Part shown: piece by piece, positions 13,089 through 25,660 of the stretch
Position numbering within the stretch: position 1 is the first letter of the stretch
Layout: every line of letters starts with the position of its first letter
Origin: the human T2T-CHM13v2.0 reference genome, Homo sapiens
Strand: one strand, 5' to 3'
Length of the DNA stretch: 64,000 bases
Assembly (NCBI RefSeq): GCF_009914755.1
Contig: NC_060939.1
The notes under the pieces: generated by a model
Told to the model about the DNA's origin: nothing
The model's database searches: none
Seen by the model: the letters and a program-made list of their open reading frames with translations, nothing else
Translations under genes and position numbers: made by a program

Positions 13089-15046
13089 TGATATGGTTTG
13101 GGTCTGTGTCCCCATCAAATTTCATGTCAAATTGTGGTCCCCAATGTTGGAGGTGGGGCCTGGTGGCAGGTGGTTCTATCCTATGAGTGGATTTCTTGTG
13201 AATGGTTTGGCACCATGGTCCTGGAGCTGTTCTCATGATAGTGAGTGAGTTCTCATGAGACTTGGTTGTTTAAAAGTGTGCAGCACCTACCCCTTAGTCT
13301 CTCTTGCTCCTGCTCCCATCATGTGAGGCACTTCACTCCCCTTTCAACTTTCACCAAGATTGGATGCTTCCTGAAGCCTCTCCCAAAGCAGAAGATGCTA
13401 TGCTTCCTGTACAGCCTGTGGAAACATGAGTCAATTAAGCCTCTTTTGTTTATAAATTACTCAGTCTCAGGTATTCCTTGGCAGCAGTGTGAGAACAAAC
13501 TGATACCAAAAAATAGTACTAGGAGTAGGATATTGATATAAAGATACCTAAAAATGTGGAAGCGGTTTTGGAATTGGGTAACAGGCACAGGCTGAAAGAA
13601 TATGAAGGTCTCAGAAGAAGGCAGGAAGATGAAGGAAAGTTTGGAACATCTTAGAGACTGGCTAAATGGTTCTGATCAAAATGCTGATAGAAATGTGCAC
13701 AGTGAAATCCAGGCTGAGAAGGTCTCATATGGAAATGAGGAACTTATTTGGAACTAGAAAAAGAGTCACTTTTGTTATGCCTTAGCAAAGAACTAGGCTG
13801 TATTGTGTTCCTGCCCTAGGGATATGTAGAACTTTAAAATTGAGAATGATGATTTAGGGTATCTGGCAGAATAAATTTATAAGCAGCAACATGTTCAAGA
13901 CGTGGACTGGCTGCTTCTAATAACCTATGTTCATATGCATGAGCAAATGGCATAAACTTGGAACTTATATTTAAAGGGAAAGCAGAATATAAAAGTTTGT
14001 AAAATTTGAAGAGTGGCCATGTGGTGAAAAAGAAAAGTCCATTTTCAGGGTAGGAATTCAAGCAGGCTGCAGAAATTTGCAAAAGTAAAAAGGAACCAAT
14101 TGCTAATAGCCAAGACAATAGGGAAAAGACCTCCAAGGCATTTCAGAGATTTTCAAGGCAGCCCCTTCCATCACAGGCTTGGAAGCCTAGGAGGACTGAA
14201 TAGTTTCATGGGCCAGGCCCTTTGTCCCACTGCCCTTCACAGCCTTTGGACACTGGTCCCTGCATCCCAGCCATTCCAGTTTTAGCCATGGCCCAAAGGA
14301 GCCCAAGTACAGTTCGGGTCACTGCTTCAAAGGGTGCAAGCCATAAGCCTTGGTGGCTTCCATGTGGTGTTAGGGCTGCAGGTACACAAAGTGCAAAAGT
14401 TGAGGCTTGGGAGCCTCTGACTAGATTTCAGAGGAGGTATGAAAAAGCCTAGAATCCCAGGCAGAAGTCTGCTGCAGGGGTGGAGCCCTCATGAAGAACC
14501 TCTACTAGGGCAATGTGGAGGGGAAATGTGGGGTTGGAGCCCTGACAGAGTCCCCACTGGGGTACTGCCTAGTGGAGCTGTGAGAAGAGGGTCACTGTCC
14601 TCAAGCCCCGAGAATGGTAGATCCACAAACAGCTTGCACCTTATGCCTGGAAAAGCTGCAGGCACTCAATGCCAGCACTTGAAAGCAGCCATGGGGTCTG
14701 AAACCTGCAAAGCCACAGGAGCAGAGCTGTCCGAGGCCTAAGAAGCCCACCTCTTGCATCAGTGTGCCCTAGATGTGTGACATGGAGTCAAAAGAGTTTA
14801 TTTTGAAGTTTAAGATTTAATTACTGCTCTGCTGAATTTCTGACTTGCACAGGGCCTCTAGCCCCTTTCTTTTGGCCAATTTCTCCCTTTTGGAATGAAA
14901 TTATTTACTCAATGCCTATACCCACATTCTTGAAAGTAACTAACTTGTTTATGATTTTCCAGGCTCATAGGGAGAAGGCACTACCCTTATCTCAGATGAG
15001 ACTTTGAACTTTGTAATTTTAAGTTAATGCTGAAAATAGTTATGAC
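13089..15046 (+). mobile_element. MSTA-like MaLR: 5' LTR (13089-~13507) plus internal region, 3' LTR absent
   Basis: TGATATGGTTTGGGTCTGTGTCCCC start and ATTAAGCCTCTTTTGTTTATAAATTAC near the LTR end. The internal region (AAAATGTGGAAGCGGTTTTGGAATTGGGTAACAGGC...) stops just before the PPT. Confidence 0.88.
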
Positions 15047-16125
15047 CTTTTTAACAATAGTGATTCTTCCTATCCATGAGCATAGAATATTTTTCTATTT
15101 ATTTGTGTTGTCTCTGATTTGTTTTTGCAGTATTTTATGTTTCTCCTTGTAGAGCTCTTTTACCTCCTTTGTTAGCTGTATTCCTATTTCCATTTTTTTG
15201 TGGCTATTGTAAATGAGATTAGGTTTTTGATTTGACTCTCAGCTTGAATATTGCTGAGGTATAGAAATACTGATTTTGGAACATTGATTTTGTATCTTAA
15301 AACTTTACTGAAGTTGTTTATCAGTCCTAGGAGCCTTTTGGCAGAGTATTCAGGGTTTTCTAGGTATAGAATTGTATCACCATCAAAGAGAGATAATTTT
15401 ATTTCTTCTTTTCTATTTGGATGTCTTTTGTTTCTTTCTCTTGGCTGATTGCTGTGGCTAGGACTTCAAGTACTACACTGAATAGGGGTGATGAGAGTGG
15501 GCATTCTTATCTTATTTAAGTTCTCAACAGGAATGGCTCCAGCTTTTGACCATTCCATAAGATGATGGGTTTGGGTTTGTCATAGATGGCTCTTACCATT
15601 TTGAGGTATGTTCCTTCACTGCCTAGTCTGTTGAGAATTTTTCATCATAAAGGGATATTGGATTGTACCAAAAGCTTTTTTCCATGTTCATTGGGATGAT
15701 CATATGGTTTTTGCTTTTAATTCTGTTTATATGGAAAATCACATTTACTGGTTGCATATGTTGAAACAGCCTTGCAGCCCAGGAATAATACTTGATCATG
15801 GTGTATGAACTTTTTGATGCGCTGCTGGATTCAGTTTGCTAGAATTTTGTTAAGAATTGTTCATCAGGGCTGTTTGCCTGAAGTGTGTGTATGTGTGTGT
15901 GTGTCTGTGTGTGTGTGTGTGTCTATTCCTGATTTTGGTGTCAGGCTGATGCTAGCTTCACAGAATGAGTTAGGAAGGAGTCCCTCCACTTCAATTTTTT
16001 GGAATAGTTCCAGTAGGATTGGTACCAGTTCTTTGTATATTTGATGGAATTCAGCTGTGAACCATCTAGTCCAGGGCTTTTTTTGGTTGGCAGGTTTTTT
16101 ATTACCAAGTAAATTTTTTATGACT
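15047..16125 (-). mobile_element. L1 (old L1PA/L1PB) ORF2 fragment with an internal (GT)n at ~15883-15922
   Basis: GATTCTTCCTATCCATGAGCATAG...GCTGCTGGATTCAGTTTGCTAG...GAGTTAGGAAGGAGTCCCTCC. Confidence 0.88.
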
Positions 16126-16134
16126 TCTTATTGG

Positions 16135-16603
16135 TATGGTTAGGATGGCTATTATTAAAAAGTCAAATAATAACAAATGTTGGCAAAGGCTACAGAGAAA
16201 AGTGAATGCTTATACACTGTTGGTGGGAATGTAAATTAGTTCAGCCATGGTGGAGAGTAGTTTGGAGATTTCTCAAAAAACTAAAAACAGCAAGTATTTA
16301 ACCCAGCAATCCCAATACTGGGTAATATACAAAAGAAAACATTGTTCTACCAAAAAGACACATATACTCCTACATTAATTGTGATGCTATTCATAATGGC
16401 TAAGACATGGAGTCAACCTAGGAGCCCCAAAATGGTGAACTGGATAAAGAACACATGGTGCATATACACCATGGAGCACTATGCAGCCACAAAAAAAGAA
16501 CAAAATATGTCTTTTGCAGCAACATGGATGCAGTTGGAGGCCATAATCCTAAGAGAATTAATATAGAAACAGAAAACCAAATACTGCATGTTCTCACTTA
16601 TAA
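16135..16603 (+). mobile_element. L1 ORF2 C-terminal fragment (sense)
   Basis: GGATGGCTATTATTAAAAAGTCA...CACTGTTGGTGGGAATGTAAATTAG. ORF 16342-16566 reads WCIYTMEHYAATKK..MSFAATWMQLEAIIL, the ORF2p C-terminus. Confidence 0.88.
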
Positions 16604-16680
16604 GGTTGCAGTGAGCTGAGATCATGCCATTGCATTCCAGCCTGGGTGACAAGACTGAAAAAAATTTAAAAAAAACAAAC
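16604..16680 (+). mobile_element. Alu 3'-terminal fragment
   Basis: GGTTGCAGTGAGCTGAGATCATGCCATTGCATTCCAGCCTGGGTGACAAGA plus an A tail. Confidence 0.85.
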
Positions 16681-19182
16681 ATATAACTAAACCACTTTGT
16701 CAAGTATTGAGCCTATTTGTAAAACTAAATGTTTTCTTATTGTTTTATAAACTTGATAAATTATTGAACCTGAAAAAGAAATGACAGGACCAAGCATTAA
16801 AAGTCCCACATCTTAAAACTATAACATGTTTTTCCTATTAAATAAACTGACAAAGGTACTGAGTTGGTCTTATGAAAGCCAGTCTTCCTTGTGTTTTCTG
16901 TATATATTTCCTTATTTATTGCTCCCTGTATTTAAAGCATTTAAACCCTGCTTTTCCTTGCTTCTTCTCTCTTATTAATTCCTCTCCATTGCATTCTTCC
17001 TCTAAGCTGTTTGTGCTTCTGCCGATAGACCAACTTTGAAGAGTTAGTTTTCCCATTATGATTATGACTTGCAAGATTATTATTTTCTTGTTTCTTTGCC
17101 TTATTTTATTGGTCGTTGGACAATTAGGTAATGTGCAAAAGAAACAGTAATGATATCACTGGGTATACTGGACCATATATTTCCTTTGTCTAACCCAGAG
17201 GTTTTCCTAGTTTTTCAGTTACTTTCATTGATGGTAGCCTTAAGGATAGAAATGTCACCTTTAAAAATATCTCAAGGATCTAAACTGAATTCACTTTGAA
17301 ACTTTATTACTGGACACGCACAAGCATGTCAAGTCCTCAATTAATAGATGAAATATTATCCCCTTTTGCAGCCTTAAATGTCTTCCAAAGCATTTCATGG
17401 ACATGCAAAATAGTTGGTTGATATTTTGGGGACTATACCTGGAAGTAATTGAGTGCACTGGCTAAGAGTATTTTTTGTGCTAATTAAATATTCCAAATTT
17501 CTATGAAGATTATTGTCACCTATTTAATGGCTCATTGAGTTTACAGTCTATGCAAGTTCTCTTTCATCAGTAGTGTTAGGACATCCATTCTGGAAACGAC
17601 AAATTAGAGAGCAAGCTAAAAAGATAAAAGACCTTCTGAAGATTATTTACATTTCAAATTTTTGACATGGACCATTCTGTTCATTGATGAGATAAAGAAT
17701 CTGGCCAGCTTGGAAGATTAATTTCCTTCAAAGAGTTCACTTACACTTATTTTACAAAAGTAAGGCATTGAAACTTGTGCTAAAGAATGATTTTGTCCAT
17801 TTAAATGGATCTGTGCAGAAAATTTAATACCTTTCATACACTTGGTAAATCTTATCTTTAATAGAAATTTTTATTGCATATACTAAAAATAGTTGAAACA
17901 TGGACTCATAAATAAAGTTTAACATTTCTGGTATGAAAGAGAATGAGAAAGTTCACATTAGAAGTTGAGCATGCAAATAATTCATGAGTTCATTCAACAA
18001 ATTATGATTAAGCAATGGCTATATGCTAGGGATTATATTGCACCATAAGTATACATTGGAGAATAAAATGGGGATTAAAAAAACTTATTTTTGCTTGAGT
18101 ACAGTTGGAAATATAAATAATAAATAAACATGTATATAATAATGACTCTTGAAAAGTGTATGAAAAACTACTGACACAATACCATAAAGGAAGAGCAGAG
18201 GTAGATGAATGGTAAAGACATTTAAGCTGAGATACAATGGAAATAAAGACTGAGCCAGGCAAAAATTGAAGGAAAGTTCAGTGGAAATGGCTGTCCTCCC
18301 ACATGACAGAATAAAGATTCCAATCCAGATTTTCAGACCCCAAATTCAATGCCTTATTTCCCCCATTTACCCATATTACTTGGACTGTATTTTTTGCCTT
18401 AAATAATAAAGACATAGTAATCTAGATACCTTAGCCTCTAAAGTTTATGGTTAATGTTTATGGTTAAACATAAAAATACAAAGAAGTCATTTTTAAATAC
18501 CAGCTCTATCTTTTTTTTCTTTTAGTAATCCATCCAGATTCAGTGCTAGGACATGGCTCTATGCAGCCAAGACTGCAGAATTGCATGGGGTCATACTTTT
18601 AGACTGACATGAGTGGTCAAGGCAGCTGAACAACCAATTTAGTTGATTTTGGTTTAATAACTTGACCGGTCACTGGACTGAATTGACCAGAAGGCAATGG
18701 CAAACAGAGTGAGTTATCTTTTTCTAGAAGATGCAAGCTATGCGTTGGAAGCTGATATTAACTATTTCAGATTGCATGGGTAGCTTCTGCTACTGAAGTG
18801 ACAATACATTTTGAATCAACTTTATATGAAGAATATGATAATTTCAGAGAGAGAAAGGCAATATCTGTGTTTTTACACCTGCACCCCTTGGACCTCTTTG
18901 GTTGTAAATGGTAAAAATTAACCCTGATTAAATGAAGCAAAACAGAAATTCATAAAAGGATATTAAATCGTTCATATTAGGGATGATATGAGAATTGGGA
19001 AAGAGACAAAAACATAGGATACCTAGTAACTAATCAGTGCTGTATTCACATTGTGGGGACCTGATTGGATCAGGCTAGATTCTGAGTAGTTTGGTTACAG
19101 TGTTTCAGGGGCAGAGAGAGAGAGAGAAACTGTATGTTTCTGTTACTACTATTACTACTGCTACTACTACTACCCACTATAT

Positions 19183-19390
19183 TAGTAAATGACATTTAGT
19201 GAGATCTTACTCTCTAGTGGTAAGCATGTTATGTGCCCACACAACCTGGCAATTAGTAACATGAGTATCTCCATTTAACATAAGAGGAAACCACAGCTTG
19301 AAGAGATTAACCTTTCACAAGGCCACATGGTTAGCAGGTGGCAGAATCAGAAATGTGGTCTATACAGAGTCAAAGCTGTGTTCTTAATGT
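19183..19390 (-). mobile_element. MIR
   Basis: ATCTCCATTTAACATAAGAGGAAACCACAGC...CAAGGCCACATGGTTAGCAGGTGGCAGAATCAG is the antisense MIR core. Confidence 0.7.
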
Positions 19391-20964
19391 CTATTCTAAA
19401 TAGTTCATCCAGTCAACTTAAAATAAGAAGATGGCTGGTTAGTTAATGGCATTGAAGGAAAAGTAGCCAGTAGGAGAGTTAGTTGGGCTTTTTTGTTTGT
19501 TTGTTTTCATTTTTCTCCAGGTCATTTCACTTTTTTTAGGCCTCCTACGGCCTGTGTCAATCTATGCCTATGATTCAAAATCCAATGCATGTGGTTTTCA
19601 ATTTTCAATGAAATCATACCATGTACGACTAAATACAGTAAGTAACTGACCATAGGAAAAGGAGCAAAAGTTTTCCAAGAGTTGTTTTTAAAGTATCAGT
19701 GAAACTCAGTTAAGACTATGCCGCATACTGGTTATGTGTTGAAAGAAGCAGAATACTTTTCTTGCTGTGTAAAAATTATAAACACAATTTTAGAAGTAAA
19801 AGCCCTCTAAAAGACATTTTTCTTTCCATAATGTTGCCAACTCCAACATCTAGCCCTTGAAATGAGAAACACAAGTTTACTGATGACTGAATTCTGGAAA
19901 GAAAAACAGTGAAGAGGGAAATTAAAAATGGTAAATTTAATATTAGATTCTTCTCACTGTAGTAATTATAAATCAATCTTCTACTACTTATATTTAGCTT
20001 CTGGTGCAGACAGAAAGTGAAAAAGCAAAATGTTTCTCACTATAAATTAATTATCTAGCAAAAATCCAAAAGGTTCAGTGTAATGGATAGGCAGAACACG
20101 AATACATTGACTTCCTCGAAGGTAAAATACATAGACAGTCCCTCTTGTTTTTGTTTTTGTTTTTTCCAAAATAGACCATTCAGTAAGTAGGACATGACTG
20201 ATATAAAGGATATATGCAGTTACTCGTTACATTTGTTTAAAAATGTTGCTTCCATTTACCACCAATTGACGGCCCAAATTAAGATGGAAGAAGCTTACCT
20301 CTAAAATGAAAGTTATTTACATTTGTTATGTCTCACTCAAAATAAATACATACCTTCTGTCTGTGTAAAATGCAAACTAAAATCATTTAAATGAGGAAAG
20401 AAGTAGAAGTGCTGCAAATAATGTTTTGAAAAGTTCTCTGGGAAGTGGTCACAGCCTCTTGAGAACACTTTGAACCAGAGTTAAAATAAATGAGTGTGCT
20501 GTAACCTCACACAGACTCCTAATCAGATGGTCTTTGTTCTGCAGCTCATATTTTAACTAGAAGTTCGTTTCCAATACCTGTGCATATTTTTCTATTCATA
20601 TGTAAATTGCGTTAAAGTTGTTATTCTTTCTTCCCCAAATTCTGCTTTTAAAGTAATAATAAAATTTATGAAACAGTAATGTGAGAGGTGGGTGCTTGTG
20701 GACACTTGAGTATTCTGGCATTTGTACCAAGCCCACAGGGGCCATCTTGAAGGAGAAGCTTGTGTCTCTCCTTCCCTTAGGGATCTATCTGAACATTAAG
20801 AGGTTATCACTAGTGCCGTTATGGGCTTTAGATGTTTCCACTGATATGACATTTGGATTTCAATGGCAGTTTTATGGCTCTCTTTATAGCTGTGATCAGA
20901 GCGGAGGTGGTGTGTCCATGGTTGCACTGCCTATCAGGCTAGGGACAGTTGTCTGTTGGTCCGA

Positions 20965-21075
20965 ATGGGCTGGGAACCACACACCCTGGTTCTGCTCCTG
21001 GCTTTGCCAGTCACCTGCTGGATGCCACTGAGTAAGTCACATAAGATTACAGGGACCTCCCTTTCTTCTGTGCGC
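20965..21075 (+). mobile_element. Highly diverged MIR/CORE-SINE fragment
   Basis: CCCTGGTTCTGCTCCTGGCTTTGCCAGTCACCTGCTGG...GAGTAAGTCACATAA resembles the CORE domain. Confidence 0.45.
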
Positions 21076-21679
21076 AGACTAATTGCCTGTGGCAAATGTT
21101 GCCTGCAAATTTCAAGGGCAATTGAGTCCTGTGTGCTTCCCCACTTGGCTTCTCTTTTTTCTTCTCCTTCTTTTTTTCCTCTCTCTTTTTTTAAGGCCAT
21201 GAGTTGCCAATTTTATGTGCAATTGAGTTGTGCATACCCCAAGCTAAGTAGGGCACCTCAATTGCACTTTAAAACCATCAATTATAAACATATCTACGAT
21301 ATCTGTTATCTGATGTCTTCAGGGAGTAACGCAATTCTGCTTTGATGGAGTCATTTTACACAGCTGCTTCTTCCTATTTTTACAAGAGGGCTGCAGTTAT
21401 TAGTTTAACCAAAACAGGACATTTCATTCTTGTGTGCCTTGATTTTTCAATCTGTCAAAGGATAAAGAAATAAGCCACATTTATGAGTGTCTCCAGTTGT
21501 TAAAGAAGGAGAAGGGTTAAGATGCAATTTCAAATGTATAAATATAGGATATTTGCAGCTCTTGCTTAGAATGTGCCCCGAGTTGCATTTGCTATTTAAA
21601 ATGATATCTTATAAATATATTTATTAGAGAACTAAATCAACTGCTTTCTTTCAGGGAGGGAGTTTTGTGTTAAGAGGGT

Positions 21680-21890
21680 CACCTGGGTTCAGACAATTAT
21701 ACATTTGAGTATCAGCTTTGTTAACTAACAACTGCGATTTTGAGAAAGTCACTTTTCCCTCTGCCTCAGTTTCCTTTCATGGAGGAAAGTTACTTTGCCC
21801 TACACCTTAGTCTCTCAAATGGGGGAAAAAAATACTTACCTTGTAGAATTGTTATGTAGATGAAATTGGATACATGAAAAACCCAGCCTC
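21680..21890 (+). mobile_element. MIR
   Basis: GAAAGTCACTTTTCCCTCTGCCTCAGTTTCC...ACTTACCTTGTAGAATTGTTATGTAGATGAAAT. Confidence 0.65.
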
Positions 21891-22111
21891 TCTCAGGAGT
21901 TCAGAAAACAGTGACAGTCAATGTCCACGATTGCTCAGAAGTTCTCATTTGGGGAAGATCATGTACTTAGAACCATTGAATAAATACTAGAAGTACTCAA
22001 GGAAATTAACTAGGTTATCTAACACTAGGTTGATCAATAAAACAAATGTACATTTCAACTTTTCAACCATATATTGGGCTCACGTAGGCAGAGTTGGTGG
22101 TTTTCATGCCG

Positions 22112-22300
22112 TGTTGCAAGAAGTCAAGGACCTCAAACAGAGGGACCGGCTGAAGAACCTACCGACATGTGATGTCTCCTCCGGACGCCCAGCTTTAAAC
22201 TTTCTCTCTTTTGTACTCTGTCCCTTTATTTCTCAAGCTGGCCGACTCTTAAGGAAAATAGAAAAGAACCTGCGTGAATATCGGGGCAAGTTCCCCAATA
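22112..22300 (+). mobile_element. MER11 (HERV-K HML-8) solo LTR with a large internal deletion
   Basis: The 5' end TGTTGCAAGAAGTCAAGGACC...GAGGGACCGGCTGAAG joins the 3' end CCGACATGTGATGTCTCC...GAAAATAGAAAAGAACC...CCCCAATA. 6-bp TSD ATGCCG/ACGCCG. Confidence 0.85.
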
Positions 22301-24364
22301 ACGCCGGTTGCTTTTCCTTTCCTTACCAGCACTCTTGCCCTGTTAGAAATCCACAGGGGTGGATGATAATCCTTCCACTGACCGTGGCAAAGATTCCTCC
22401 ATTAGCGCTCTGTGGAGTCCATCTGTCTATTTCCTTTCCGGCATTGCCTCATTCCTTCTTCAGTAGCTTCCTTACTCGTATACTTTATATCATTTGCGTA
22501 GTGTGAAATTTAACAAGTGATGTTAGAGATAATAAATCCCACAACTGCTATTTCTGTTTGAAAACCATGACACAGTGTGGTGAAAGCGCCAAATAGTCTG
22601 GGGTTTGTTCTTGTTTGCAGGGCTTTTTCTTCGCATATTTTACTGTCAGTTTCTTGACATTTTTGTCAGCTCAGGACTGGAGGGCATAGGTGCTGGCGGC
22701 AGGTCTGACCACATTTTTATTCTCCGTTGCATTTTCAGAGACTACGAAAAAATAAAATAAAAACTGGGGGTGGGAAGGGGGAGTGAGGAAGAATGAGGAA
22801 GAGAGGTGACCGAGTCAAAGGCAGAGCAGGACAGGGGTGAGGCTGTGAAAGTCAGAATGTGTAGCTTTTCACTCCGCAGGCGCTCACCAGGGAAGGTGCT
22901 CCAGGCACCCCTACCCCCACCCCACCTCCAAACCCTGAGACACAAACGCCAAGAGATTTGCTATGAAAGACATGCCATTTTCTCATTTCCTCATTATGAA
23001 AGGCAGGTAGAAGGCAAATATTTGAATCTGTTTGCAGGCTAATTTTTTTTTCTGACTAACTGCGTTTCCGAGCTATGGAGAAAGTGCACAAAACAGCTAT
23101 TGTTTTTCCTGGAACATCACCTTTGGCTCTCATCAACTCTTATGGTTTTCTGCACTTTACAAGTGGGAGCTTTTTCTCTCTTTTTTTTTTTTAATATTTT
23201 ATTGGTAGAAAAAATGTACGAGACCCCCAATGCCACGACCTTCAGGAAGTGTTCATGTAGGTGGCGTCTTTTGTCATCTCCTCCCAGCATTTGCAAACAA
23301 AGAGAAAAAAGTGAACACATTGTCATGAGCATGTATTCAGCTTAACTAGCATAATAACAACTTAAATAGCATAACAGCGACAATAACAACTGTATTACAG
23401 TACAGAAAACCATCCTCCTAAGGAAGACTTGTGATAATTTATTTTAATTTCCCTAAGAATGTATTACCCAAACTGTCCATGAAGGAATAAAAAAAGTTTT
23501 CTTATTAAATAAGTTATGATAACACACATTCCCAAATTTAATCTAAAACTGAGTCCTTTTTTTCCATCAGAATATTTATTAATATGAAAAGGGGCTACAG
23601 TTTCAATACCAATAGTACACAGTTTAAGAAGCAGAGTTCTAATAGTTTAAATTTTTACCTTTCTGAGCACATTGTTTTACTAAACAATTGTTTATTATTA
23701 AAGCTTTTACTTAGTGAATTTGGCTACTTACTTTCATTGCAAAGGAAGTTCAAGTGTTTGACACTTCAGGGAAGGTCAAAAATTAATTTTTAAACCATTC
23801 CTAAAATATGCTGATGTTCGCTTCGATGTTAGAACAAAACAAAATATTTATTAGGGCTTAAAAAATAGCTTAAAAATAGAGCTTAAAAAAAGAGAGATAA
23901 TATAGAGATATAAAAATATAAATACATATAAAATATATGATAAAGAATGTAAATACAAAAGTACATAAAATAAATTTAATAACCTATGTACATAACCCAA
24001 TGATATTAAAATATAAACAAATTAAGATATGAACATAGAAGAGCCAAACAGAAAAAATATCTTGGTGAACATCTGCAGATACATCAGTAATGTAAACTGC
24101 TATCAGGAGAATTATTAGGTCAATAATTTCCTACTTTAACACATTCGATAGAGGTCACCAACTGCCTTCCAAGCAGGACACATTGATTTATACTTGCACA
24201 AAAGTATTTTTAGATATATATGATTCTTTTTTGTTAATTTGCCCTTTCATGTTTTTTCTTCATTTCTTTATTGGGCTCTAGATGAATTTAGTTGGTCTTT
24301 TAAAATGATTGTATCAAGTTTATAAATTAATTTGAGAAAATTGACATCATTATTGTATGGCTGC

Positions 24365-24455
24365 GTAGAGTTAAGTAGTTGGAACAGAGACCATATGATC
24401 TGCAAAGGCTAAAATATTTCCCACCTGGCCCTTTACTGAAATGCTGACTCCTGCT
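24365..24455. mobile_element. MER58 (hAT-Charlie) fragment
   Basis: AGAGTTAAGTAGTTGGAACAGAGACCATATGATCTGCAAAGGCTAAAATATTT...TGGCCCTTTAC. Confidence 0.7.
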
Positions 24456-24459
24456 TTAG

Positions 24460-25230
24460 ATCATTTGTTTTTCTTCATTGTCTTTTCAAAATTTATTTTC
24501 ATAAGGAAAAATTATCATTAATTTTATAAATTATCTTGTTTTAATAATTTCTGATGACTCCCCCGAGATTTCTAGGTATATAAGATATTACATGAAAATA
24601 ATTATAATTTAACTTTTATATTCTCATTATTTGTATGTTTACTTCTTTCATTGTCTAGGTCTATTGATATTTACATCCTTTACATATATATCTCTTTATA
24701 TATATTATACCTATTTAATTTATTCCTATTTTATTAAAATACATTTTAATCAAAATGGATGTTGAATGTAGTCAAATGTTTTCCCCCATCCATTGAGCTA
24801 GTCATATATGATGTTCTGTTTTGACCTTTAGACTGTAGTGCATTTTATGAATAGATATCCAAATAGATATTTGGATCCCTGGGGGTGAACTCTACTTGGT
24901 TAGAATATTTTATTCTTTCAATACGCAGCTGAATTTTTGGGGTAGTATTTTGTTAACATCTCACATCCATAGTCAAAAGCAAAATGTGTCTATATTTTTC
25001 TAGTTTTGTTGTTTGTAAATTTAGGATGTTAATGTTATGTGAGGCTGAGAAAAAGAATTTGTCTGTTTCCTTTTTTTACCATGCTCTGGATTAATTAAGA
25101 GTATTACAATTGTTTTTTCTTGAATGATTAAAAGTATGTACCTGTGAATACATTTGAACATTTTCGTTTACTGGCTATTATTATTTTAATACATCTGTCA
25201 ATTTAATTCATTGCTAATGGGCAAAATGTT
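24460..25230 (-). mobile_element. Ancient L1 (L1ME/L1M5) ORF2 fragment
   Basis: TTCTAGGTATATAAGAT, AATGGATGTTGAATG..TCAAATG and CCATGCTCTGGA resemble degenerate antisense L1. Confidence 0.5.
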
Positions 25231-25530
25231 TCTGTATTTGTAGAAAAAATACAGTGTCTCAAATTTATATTAAAACTCATCTAGTTTATTCAGAGTGACA
25301 AATTTATTTTCATGGAATAAAATATTTAGAAAATACTTTTTTCTCAGATTGTTAAGGATTAAAAAAATAGCTTTCATGCATCCTGGATGATACTATTTGT
25401 TATACTTCAAGAAAATGAGGATGGCTACCAAAAAGGAAGGGATACAATCAAAAAAAACGGTGGAAACATCCCTAGAAGTTTTACTGTAAATAATGTGCAG
25501 AATCATAGCTGCCTGAAAACAGCAACTGGA

Positions 25531-25660
25531 AGCCAGACATGGTAACGCACCACTGTAGTCCTGCTACTCTGAAAGATGAAGTGGGAAGATCACTTGAGCC
25601 CAGGAGTTCTAGTCCAGCCTGGGCAACGTAGAGAGACCCCCATCTCAAATAAAAGAGAAA
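25531..25660 (+). mobile_element. FLAM (free left Alu monomer)
   Basis: AGCCAGACATGGT...GATCACTTGAGCCCAGGAGTTC..CCAGCCTGGGCAACGTAGAGAGACCCCATCTCAAA, a single monomer. Confidence 0.85.

Noticed and set aside
17990-18290. Possible L2 fragment, and similar faint LTR/L2-like traces at ~18890, ~39520, ~42200, ~53400 and ~62670
   Set aside because: The similarity is too weak to assign a family or boundaries without a profile search.
22030-22506. 158-aa ORF
   Set aside because: It begins at a non-ATG codon (TTG), runs through the MER11 remnant, and has no recognisable domain.
22500-23400. Possible promoter or CpG island
   Set aside because: Only scattered CpGs and modest GC content, so no island or core promoter can be supported.
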